From Felis catus (taxonomy: Eukaryota): DNA of 64,000 bases. The position numbers and the translations under genes were made by a program. Positions 53,131 to 64,000 of the stretch are shown here, piece by piece. Location: the NCBI RefSeq assembly GCF_018350175.1, contig NC_058368.1:160892001-160956000 (forward strand). Reading direction: 5' to 3'. Below the pieces are notes generated by a model. The model did no database searches, had not been told where the DNA came from, and saw only the letters and a program-made list of their open reading frames with translations. Position 1 is the first letter of the stretch. Every line of letters starts with the position of its first letter.

Positions 53131-53899
53131 TGGCCCTGTTTCTTAGTTCACAAATTTTATACTATTTAGATGTATATTCCTTTGAGCATTTGCTATTCCT
53201 TTTCTCTCAACTGACATATCTTAAGACAAATTATTTCTATTAAAGCATGACTGTAAGCTAGGAAAACTTAAAATCCTATCAATCTTGATTTGATTCTATT
53301 CTATGTCAAATAATAGTATCTAATTTCCTCTTTATTAATTATCTATAAGTAAAAATATACTGTGTATAATTAAAACATAAAGGTCTAAACTCTCAAATAA
53401 TTTAAAAATTTCTTTGACCTAGAAATTTATGTATACCTGTGCACACACACACACCCACATGCATAAAAAATATGAGTTATACACATTCTGTATGTGAGAT
53501 AGAGTGAGGGGGTATTTTCTCCCTTTAACAGGAATTTGGAAAGAAGATATAGATGACATCTGTGTATCTACATTCAAAAATTATGGAGATTGCCACAAAA
53601 TAATAAAATTCTGGTTAGAAAAGATCTTATAGATGATTTAGTTTAGTTTCCTTATGTTTTATCTGACAATTCTGAGTTTCATGTAGATGGAGGAGTTTCA
53701 AGGGAGAATGATAATAATAAGGATTTCTAAGAGATGATATATGACAGAAAGGGGGTTTGAGTAAGGGAAAAAATTAATGAGTCAAAGAAGAAGGGGGGGA
53801 AACTGCACATTCCCAAAAATGTATCATCCCAATCTATTCTGATACTAAAAAATATAATTTCTGGAATGTTATAGTTAAAAGTAAAATGGAGTAAAACTC

Positions 53900-56210
53900 A
53901 AAACTAAGAAAACAATCGAAAATATATGAGATATGAACAAACATTTCAGTAAGGAAATAAACAGATGGCAACTAAGCATATATTTAAAAATTTCCTAGCA
54001 TTATTTGTCATTAGGAAAATGGAAATTAAAATGAAAATGAGATACCATCATACACCTATTCAAATGGCTACAATCCAAAACACTGGTACCTACCAAATGC
54101 TGGTAAGCAAAAGGAACTCTCATTGATTGCTGGTGGGAATACATGACAGTTAAATCACTTTTAGGACAGTGTAGATGTTTCTGATATACTTGAACCTACA
54201 CATGGTTTTTAACCTAACAATTCCACTAATTTGTCTTTACCCAAGTAAATGGAAAATACACGTTCACACAAAAACTTTTATGTGCATATTTATAGCTTAT
54301 AGGAGCTTTATTCCTATTAACTTATAACTGTAAACAACGAAGTGTCTTTTAACAGGTACATGAATAAGCAAACTGTTTTTCAGTTGTGCAGTGGAATACT
54401 TAGCAATGAAAGAAAGCAAACTGCTGAGTCATACAGAGACATAAATAAATCTTAAGCCCATTTTAGTAAGTGAAAGAAGCCAGATTCAAGAGGGACAGGG
54501 AACGATACTCGGAAAATAGATCAATAGTTGCTAGTGTTAGGGATAGAGGAGGCAGCAGTGACGGCAAATGGGCTGTGCAGAGAAAACTTTAGGGTAATGT
54601 CACAACTGCTCTGTGTGCTACTGGAGTGATGGACACAGGATGGTATGCTTATCAAAACCCTTATAAACTGCACATCCAGAGCAAAATTTAATACATGCAA
54701 AAAATCCCAAATTCAACTAGATTTGGGAGTCCAGGGATGGAATGTAGGGTAGGAAAAATGAACATAACTATATTGCAAATAGATGACACAATCTTATTTG
54801 AGGCAGTGGAAAAAACAAGAGCTGACATAAGCAAGTTTGAAGGATTTTGCTTTGAGAAACAGCTGTAAGACTAAAGACCAAAGTAATTGTACATAAACAC
54901 TGCTCTATTTGGTAACTTCTCCTCAGGGTATGGTTTATCCATTCTGAAACTATGTTATAACTATTAAGGTCTGAACAAAATAATTAAGTTGTAGTTAATG
55001 GGAGACAGATTTCTCACTCTCAGATTAGGAAATTGTAAATAAATCACAATGACCCCATCATGCTGGATTAGAATCTGAGATATCAATATAAAGTCATATA
55101 TATGTTTGCACAGAGATAATTATGGATATGTGTGAATAAATGGATTAGTACATATGCTTGTATTTTTAGCCGTGCCTGCTGAGATAACTTAGAAGCAGTT
55201 ATATTCTAATAGCATCAACCATACATGGAGTCCAGGTTGGAGTGTTTAATACCATCTTTCAGTGTCTAATACCCTTCCTTCAGTAAAAGGAATGAAAACA
55301 CTTCAGAAAATAACTGATCCCCAGGTTTGAGTGAGAGAAATCTAGTATGAATCTACATTTTACAGTGTTAAGGAAAATATGGTGACTTACCAAAGCTAAA
55401 CAAGAGCCAACCTGGAAGGGCATCCAACCCAACAGCGAGAGCTGAGCAACAAGTAATGAAATGGTAGAGTACGACATGAAGTATGAAATAACTGTACAGA
55501 AGTTTATACTTATATACATAAATTATTGAATGAGGCAAAAATGACCAATTTTTCTTACAGACAAATTACCATCTTTAAAGAAAATTGCCTTCCTTGAATA
55601 GAGATTAAATATCCCCCTCTTTAGTTTTTTCTAGACTTGGCGACTTGCTTCCATAGAATATAGAGTGTAAAAATAAAAAAAGTAACTTTTGCAGTAAAGG
55701 AACTTGAAAGATCTCAACCAAATGATCAAGTTTAATGTCACAGTGATAAGTCATGCTAACAGCATGCACCTTCTGATATGATGAAATGAGAAATACAGTT
55801 TATCTCTACAGGACTTTTTCCAAAGCTCCATACCTCCATCTTAATTTTGAGGAAAACATCAAACAAACCCAACTGAGTACCTGACCAATACTCTTCAAAA
55901 CTCTTAAGGTCACGAAAAACAAGCATAAAAAATTGTCACAGGTCAGAAGAGACTAAGTAAATACAGCGACTATGGCCAGTGATATCCTAGTTTGGATCCA
56001 AGAACAGATAAATTACAGTTGTGGAAACTGATAAAATATGAGTAAAGTTGTAATTTAAATAATAGTAATGTACCAATGTTAATGTATTAACTTTGACAAG
56101 AGTACCATTGCCTTGTTAACATTAGGAGAACTGGGTGAAAGGTGAATGGGAATTTTCTGTACTATGTTAACAATATGTGTTTAAAATATTCCAAACAAAA
56201 GGTTTGCTAA
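53900..56210 (+). mobile_element. Ancient L1 (L1MC/MD-type) 3' region with long 3' UTR
   Basis: Degenerate ORF2 C-terminus followed by long 3' UTR-like sequence; boundaries approximate. Confidence 0.7.
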
Positions 56211-56324
56211 AAGTAATGTACATATATTATGTGGAACCACTATGTTATACATCTTAAATATATAACGTAGTGTGTCAGCTATAATTCAATTGAAAAAAAA
56301 ATTATTTAAAACAAAAATAGACCA

Positions 56325-56545
56325 GGGGCACCTGGGTATCTCCGTTGGTAGGACGGCCGACTTCAGCTCAGGTCATGATCTTGTGGCTCGCGAGTTCGAG
56401 CCTGGCATTGGGCTCTGTGCTGACAGTTCGGAGCCTGGAGCCTGTTTCAGATTTTGTGTCTGCCTCTCTCTCTGCCCCTAACCCACTCGCATTCTGTCTC
56501 TGTCTCTCTCAAAAATAAATAAACATTTAAAAAAATTTAAAAAAA
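56325..56545 (+). mobile_element. Can-SINE
   Basis: Full body; TSD aaaaatagaccag. Confidence 0.94.
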
Positions 56546-56696
56546 TAGACCAGATTGGGTTATGGAAGTTCAGATGGGGTGTGATCTGTTTTGAGTCAGT
56601 ATTGCCTTTGCTGATCTCACCATCCTTGCCACAACAGAGATGGCCAGATTTTGGACTATAAATTAAACAAACAAACAAACAAAAACAAATTTTTCC

Positions 56697-56830
56697 AGGA
56701 CAGTTGGTTGAGCATTCATGGAACCTGCTTACGATTCTCTCTCTCTCTTCCTCCCTCCCTCCCTAACCTCTGCCCCTCTCCCACTTGTGCACATTCTCTC
56801 TCTCACACTCAAAATAAACATTAAAAAAAA
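56697..56830 (+). mobile_element. Internally deleted Can-SINE
   Basis: Partial head, CT tract, tail. Confidence 0.75.
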
Positions 56831-58081
56831 ACTGTTCTTAGTGCTTTCTGAAGTGTTGCTATTTTTACACAGGAGACTGTATAGGCTTCTGAATTAATCT
56901 ATTCAAGGTTGTATTTATTTAACTGATTGAAATTTGATACAAAATTGGCAAACCTTGAAATTCTGGTAAATAGCCCAATTTGCACTTTTGTCTTGTTAAG
57001 CAATCCACTTTGATAAATTCACTTGGCCAATGATATCATCATGACATCAACGGTGGGAGTAGATCAATAAATCACAACTCCATTTCTGGAATTTTCTGAC
57101 TTTGTAAATTTATTTTGTTTTCCCTTCTGGCTCAAACATGGTAGATTGTGTGTGTGGGTTGGTTTCCCTGGAAAACAATTTAATGTGTGGTTCACAGATG
57201 TTTCCTTTACATTGGCCTGAGGACTTACAGATGTCTAACTCTGTCTATTTCCAACAGAGAAGAAATATTCTGAGTACTCTCTGGCTGCTGTTTTTCTGAA
57301 AAATTCTTAGTTAACATTTCTTGAAACCCAGGTATATAACATGGAACATGAACATATCAATCATAGTATTTAAGAGGAAATCTAAAAATTAGGGTTTACT
57401 TTTACCAAACTCATTAATTCAATATTAAACTGTAGTACTTATATATTAGGGATAGCAAGTATATTAGGTTCCACCAGTTGAACCATAAATAAGAAGAATC
57501 TGTCTCAGTGAGTATACAGACTAACTTAGAAAGAGCCAGGTAAATAATTAAATTTTTGACATAATAGTACATTTGAATATGGTCAGGTAGCTATTGTGCC
57601 AAAAAATTAAAATAATAAGTACTTGAATGACAGAATAAGCAGCATCAACCTTAAGACTATACATAAGTTGGATCTTAATGGATGTGTAGATATTTGGAAA
57701 CTTGGAAAAATACTTTTATTACTGTTGCTTACCTGTTTTTGAAGACTATATATCAAAGTGTTTTAGAAGTAGGCACTTATTATCAACAACAACAAACAAA
57801 TGATCAAACCCATATCTGTAAGATAAAAATGTGGGCGTGCATATACATATATACATATATACATATATATGCATATATCTGTATGTATCTATGTACATAT
57901 ACATGATCACACATATAAACAAACACCTGACATCTCCATCACCTCAGAATATATTCACTATTAAAAATTTAATATTTAAGTCTGTATGTATACTATGATT
58001 TGGAAGTTATACATACAAATTACAATAATATATACAATACGCAAGAAGTGACACCCTCAAATGAAACAGTTTACAGAAGAT

Positions 58082-59150
58082 CTGACCCAGCTTTGTGGGC
58101 ATGAATCATGCCATCATATAGGACCTCACATTAAGTTTAATTTTTTGCTGTTACCTCCTGGAATTACTGACAATTTTATCTTGGAACATGTGTTTTGAAA
58201 ATGACGTCAGGTAAGAAAATGGAATGAGAGGGTAAGCAGAGGAGATGTATGCAATATGTTTTCCTGCCATTTCTTGCCACCCATTCACACATAGCATTCC
58301 CAGCGCCCTACAAGAATGAACGCATAAATGTGGTGCACCTGTGATGTGTGGGGTAAAGCTAGGTTCAAAATAAGGATAAATGAAGTGTGTTATGTCTACA
58401 ACAAAGCAAATGGAGACACTAAGAGCCCCAAGAGGTCATGATTTCCATTCCAACAATAACTTACTCTGAACAAAGAAAAAGAAGGCAAAGGATTTCTAAG
58501 AAACACAAAGAGTCAAGAGAAAATTATATTCATTGTGTTATTTGCCTGTATTAGCTAAATAACCATTTTAACTGAAAATGATGACACAGAATGAAAAGTA
58601 GAGAAAGATAAGGCAACTCAGGATTACCTTCCTTTTCAGTACTTCCTTACTCAAGAGTAAGTTGGAGGTAGAATACTAGTAAAATATACTACCTTATATC
58701 AGAAGTAAAATAAAAAGTCCTGTTAGATTTGCAGTTCCAATATTCTAGTAACAACAAAACATATACATGTTTGGCGAGCTAAAAAATTATTTTTGGTGAT
58801 GCTGCTTATGAATTAAAAACTCTCATATTTGTATTGAAACTCTCATTGTAAAATATAGATGAACACTAAAATATAGATGAACACTAAAATATAGATGAAC
58901 ACTAAAAGATGCTGATAATGACTTAAAATTTCAGTTTTTCTTTTCTTAGAATGGCATTAAATACCAAATAAAATACAACATAACAATTAAAGAGCACACA
59001 AAGGAAAATGCTGTATATTTTGGTATTTTTAGCAGCAATTACTTAACTACTTGCTATTATTACTGTTTGCTATGTGCTACTATATGAACAAAGGGATTCA
59101 AGATTTTTTTCTTTTCTGATTGAGTCCCACAAATTATGTAGTTGGATCTA
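58082..59150. mobile_element. MER45-like hAT-Tip100 DNA transposon relic
   Basis: Both termini resemble MER45 (..cccacaaattatgtag.. at the right end); about 1.07 kb. Confidence 0.7.
58851..58904. repeat. Perfect 3 x 18-bp tandem repeat AAATATAGATGAACACTA
   Basis: Directly visible. Confidence 0.95.
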
Positions 59151-59289
59151 CAGAGGAAAGAATGTTGGTTCATATCCATAGTAACTACAGCTCATATTTT
59201 TCATTTGAAACAGATTTGCATATGAGAGGTAGCATGGGATAGGAGCTAAAGAAGGAGATGTAAAGACAAACATGCATGATTTTATCTTA

Positions 59290-59727
59290 TTTTTTTCATG
59301 TTTATTTATGCATTTTGAAAGAGAGAAAGAGAGAACATAAGCAGGGGAGGCACAGAGAGAGAGAAGTAACGAGAATCCTAAGCAGGCTCTGTGCTGTCAG
59401 CACAGAGCCTGATGCAGGGCTTGATCTCACAAACCAGGAGATCATGAACTGAGCCAAAATCAAAAGTAAGTCACTCAAACAACTGAGCCACCCAGGCACC
59501 CAACATGCATAAATTTACTTTATTTTATTTGTTTGAAATGTTTGTTTATTTTTCAGAGAGACAGAGTCAAGGAGGGGCAGAGAGTGAAGAAGAGAGAAAA
59601 TCCCAAGCAGGCCCCATGCTGTCAGTGCAGAGCCCAACATAGAGCTCAAACTGATGAACCATGAGGTCATGATCTGAGCCAAAATCAAGTTGGACACTTA
59701 ACTGACTGAGCCCAAAAGGCATCCCCC
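59290..59727 (-). mobile_element. Two tandem Can-SINEs (59290-59501, 59518-59727)
   Basis: Two reverse SINEC bodies separated and flanked by the same 16-mer. Confidence 0.92.
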
Positions 59728-59769
59728 AACATGCATGATTTTAGTCCTACTCCAATCTGTTAGCAGGTT

Positions 59770-61572
59770 TATCTATTCAATTTTCTTTCTTTCTTTTTTT
59801 CCTTTTTCTCTTTTATACTTTTCTTTTTCTTGAGTACAGAAAGAGAAAAAATTCATTTTTATTTTCAATTTTTATTAAAAATATTTTTCTTTAATTTTTA
59901 TTACTATAGTTTTTATCTTCGTGTAATTTTTTTCAAATTCTATTCTACTTCCATCATTTTATTTTAGTCTATTTCAGTGTACTCACCTTTTCAAACTTTC
60001 AAACAATTTCCTTTTTATTATTTTTCTTTTTTTCTCTTTTTTGTTTCTTTTCTTGAATGCAGAAAGAGAAAAACTCATTTTTACTTTCAACTTCTATTAA
60101 AATTTTTTACTTAATTTTTTACATTTTTTGCTTTTATGTAAATTTTTCAAATTCAATTTACTTCCATTATTTTATTTTAGTCTACTACAGCGTATTCACT
60201 TTTTCAAATTTTCAAATGATTTCCTTTTTTTTCCTTCTTTTTTTAAACTGTTTTCTCTTTTTTGTTTCCTTTCTTTTTTCTTGACTACAGAAAAAGAAAA
60301 AAATCATATTTATTTTTAATTTTCATTAAAAAATATTTTTCTTTAATTTTTTTCTACTATATTCTTTACTTTTGTGTATATTTTTTTGAAATTCTATTTT
60401 ACCCCCATCATCTCATTTTAGTCTACTTCAGTGTATTCATTTTTTTCAAATTCTCAAACAATTTCATTTTTTTTTCTTTTCTTTTCTACCCCCCTTTTCT
60501 CTAATCTGTCAAACCACTTCAAAACTCAGACCAAAACACACCCAGGATCTAGCATCATCTATTCGATTTTTGTGTGTGTGTGTGTGTTTAACTTTTAATT
60601 TTAATATTTTTTTAATTTTATTATTTTTTTAAATTCAATTTTTCTACCTCATTAATTCCTTTTCTCCCTTTAAAATGACAAACGAAGGAATTCACCCCAA
60701 AAGAAAGAACATGAAGAAACGACAGCCAGGGATTTAACCAACACATATACAAGCAAGATGTCTGAACCAGATTTTAGAATCATGATAATAAGAATACTAG
60801 CTGGAGTCGAAAATAGATAAGAATCCCTTTCTGCAAAGATAAAAGAAGTAACAAATAGCATGAATGAAATTAAAAATGCTATAAGTGAACTGTAATCATG
60901 GATGGATGCAGTGGTGGGAAGGATGGATGAGGCAGAACAGAGATCAGTGATATAGAGGACAAACTTATAGAGAATAATGAAGTAGGAAAAAAAAAGAGGG
61001 AGATTAAGGCAAAGGAGCACAATTTAAGAATTAGAGATATCAGTGACTCATTAAAAAGGAACAACATCAGAATCATAGGGGTCCCAGAAGAGGAAGAGAG
61101 AGAAATGGGGGTAGAAGGGTTATGTGAGCAAATCATAGCAGAAAACTTTCCTAACCTGGGGAAAGACACAGACATCAAAATCCAGGAAGCACAGAGGACC
61201 CCCAATGGTCAACAAAAATCAACCATCAACAAGGCATATCATAGTCAAATTCACAAAACACTCAGGCAAGGAGAGAATCATGAAAGCAGCAAGGGAAAAA
61301 AAGGTCCCTAACATACAAGGGAAGACAGTTCAGGTTTGCAGCAGACCTAGCCACAGAAACTTGGCAGGCCAGAAAGGAGTGGCAGGATATATTCAGTGTA
61401 CTGAATCAGAAAAATATGCAACAAAAAATTCTTTATCCAGCAAGGCTGTCATTCAAAATAGAAGGAGAAATAAAAAGTTTCTCAGACAAATTTAAAGGAG
61501 TTTGTACCAATAACCCAGCCCTGCAAGAAATTTTAAGGGGGGCTCTATGAGGGGAGAAATAGATGAAAAAAA

Positions 61573-61604
<32 letters not shown>

Positions 61605-64000
61605 CCAAAACAGTAAAGATTAGAAAGCACCAGAGAACACCACCAGAAACTCCAACTCTACAAGCATCATAATGGCAATAAATTCATATCTTTCAGTACT
61701 CACTCTAAACGTCAATGGACTCAATGCTCCAATCAAAGGACATAGGGTAACAGAATGGATAAGAAAACAAGACCCATCTATATGCTGTTTTCAAGAGATC
61801 CACTTTAGACCTAAAGACACCTTCAGATTGAAAATAAGGAGATGGAGAACCATCTATCATGCTAACGGTCAACAACAAAAAACCTGGAGTAACCATACTT
61901 ATATCAGACAATCTAGACTTTAAAATAAAGACTCTAGCGAGACAAAGATGGGCATTATATCATAATTAAGGAGACTATCCACCAAGAAGACCTAGCAATT
62001 GTAAACATTTATGTGCCAAATGTGAAAGCACCCAAATATATAAATCGATTAATCACCATCATAAAGAAACTCATCAATAGTAATACATAATTGTAGGAGA
62101 CTTCAACACTCCCCCCTCTCCCAACAGCAATGGAAAGATCATCTAATCAAAAAATCAACAAGGAAAAATGGCTTTCAATGACACACTGGACCAGATGCAC
62201 TTAACAGATATATTCAGAACATTTCATCCTAAAGCAGCAGAATATGCATTCTTCTCCAGTGTACATGGAACGTTCTCCAGAATAGACCATATAATGGGAC
62301 ACAAATCAGCCTACATAAGTATAAAAAGATCAAGATCACACCGTGCATATTTTCAGACCACAACACTATGAAATTTAAAATCAACCACAAGAAAAACTTT
62401 GGAAATGTAACAAATACTTGGAGACTGAAGAACATCCTACTAAAGAATGAATGGGCTAACCAAACAGTTAAAGAGGAAATTAAAAAGTATATGGAAGTCA
62501 ATGAAAATGATAACACCACAGCCCAAAACCTGTGGGATGCAGTAAAGGCGGTCATAAGAGGAAAGTATATAACAATCCAGGCCTTCTAAAGAAGGAAGAA
62601 AGATCTCAGATACACATCCTAATCTTACGCCTTAAGGAGCTGGAAAAGAACAGCAAATAAAACCCAGAAACAGCAGAAGACAGGAAATAATAAAGATTAG
62701 AGCAGAAATTAATGCTATTGAAACCAAAAACACAGTAGAACAGATCAATGAAACCAGAAGCTGGTTCTTTGAAAGAATTAACAAAATTGATAAACCACCA
62801 GTCAGTTTGATTCAAAAAGAAAAAGGAAAGGACCTAAATAAATAAAATCAAGAATGAAAGAGGAGAGATCACAACCAACACAACAGGTAAAAACAATAAT
62901 AAGAGAATATCAGGAGCAATTATATGCCACTAAAATGGGTAATCTGGAAGAAATGGACAAATTCCTAGATACATATACACTACCAAAACTGAAACAAGAA
63001 GAAATATAAAATTTGAACAGACCCATAACCAGTAAGTAAATCAAATTAGTAATCAAAAATCTGCCAAATAACAAGAATCCAGGGCCAGATGACTTTACAG
63101 GAGAATTCTATCAAACATTTAAGGAATGTTAACACCTTAAACATTCCTTAAGGAAGAGTTAACACCTATTCTCTTCAAGCTGTTCCAAAAAAATAGAAAT
63201 TCAAGGAAAACTTCCAAACTCTTTCTATGAAGCCAGCATCACCTTGATTCCAAAACCAGAGACCATACTAAAAAGAACTATAGATGAATTTCCCTGATGA
63301 ACATAGATGCAAAATCCTCAACAAAATACTAGCCAACCAGATCCAACAATATATTAAAAAAATTATTCACCATGACCAAGTGGGATTTATACCTGGGATA
63401 CAGGGCTGGTTCAATATCTGCAAAACAATTAATGTGATTAATCACATCAATAAAAGAAAGGACAAGAACCATATGATCCTATCAATAGATGCAGAGAAAG
63501 CATTTGACAAGATACAGCATCCTTTCTTGATAAAAACCCTCAAGAAAGTAGGGATAGAAGGAGCATACCTCAAGATCATAAAAGCCATATATGAACAACC
63601 CAATGCTAATATCATCCTCAATGGGGAAAAACAGAGAGCTTTCCCCCTAAGGTCAGGAACAAGACAGGGATGTTCACTCTTGCCCCTGTTATTCAACATA
63701 GTATTGGAAGTCTTAGCCTCAGCAATTAGGCAACACAAAGAAATAAAAGGCATCCAAATCGGCCAGGAGGAGGTCAAACATCCACTCTTCGCAGATGACA
63801 TGATACTCTATATGGAAAACCCAAAAGATTCCACCAAAAAACTGCTAGAATTGATTCATTAATTCAGCAAAGGTGCAGGATATAAGATCAATGCACAGAA
63901 ATCAGTTGCATTCCTATACACCAACAATGAAGCGACAGAAAGAGAAATCAAGGAATTGATCCCATTTACAATTGAACCAAAAACCATGAAATACCTAGGA
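59770..64000 (+). mobile_element. LINE-1 with part of the 5' UTR, ORF1 (ATG ~60676) and ORF2 (ATG 61672), running off the window; inactivated
   Basis: ORF1 (EQIIAENFPNLGK), endonuclease (TLNVNGLNAPIK), RT (RQGC, FADD); frameshifts and stops. Confidence 0.97.

Noticed and set aside
58851..58904. Direct repeats considered as CRISPR-like
   Set aside because: Contiguous tandem copies with no spacers, in mammalian DNA inside a transposon relic

Overview
AT-rich, repeat-dense mammalian DNA. The SINEs are tRNA-derived Can-SINEs of the felid (SINEC_Fc-like) type and the LINE-1s are carnivore-type, so the source is most likely a cat-family genome. I found no intact protein-coding gene; the long ORFs in the supplied track are broken LINE-1 ORF1/ORF2 pieces or their antisense shadows. 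The main signal is absent from the ORF track. Manual three-frame reading of splice-bounded segments on the + strand gives, in the correct order over about 44 kb (~7.6-51.7 kb), the decayed exons of a multi-exon receptor-type protein tyrosine phosphatase (RPTP) gene. The order is Ig-like ectodomain exons, stalk, transmembrane exon, juxtamembrane wedge, PTP domain 1, PTP domain 2, last exon and poly(A) signal. The cytoplasmic part most resembles PTPRA/PTPRE, but those receptors lack Ig domains, so this looks like an unprocessed (possibly unitary) pseudogene of a lost RPTP. All motif comparisons were made by eye from remembered family sequences, not by database search. Also present: a solo ERV LTR with a perfect 6-bp TSD inside one Ig-like exon, an old ERV-L/LTR16 relic with a nested MaLR LTR, hAT transposon relics, about 25 SINEs, and two unusual templated-insertion scars in L1 copies.
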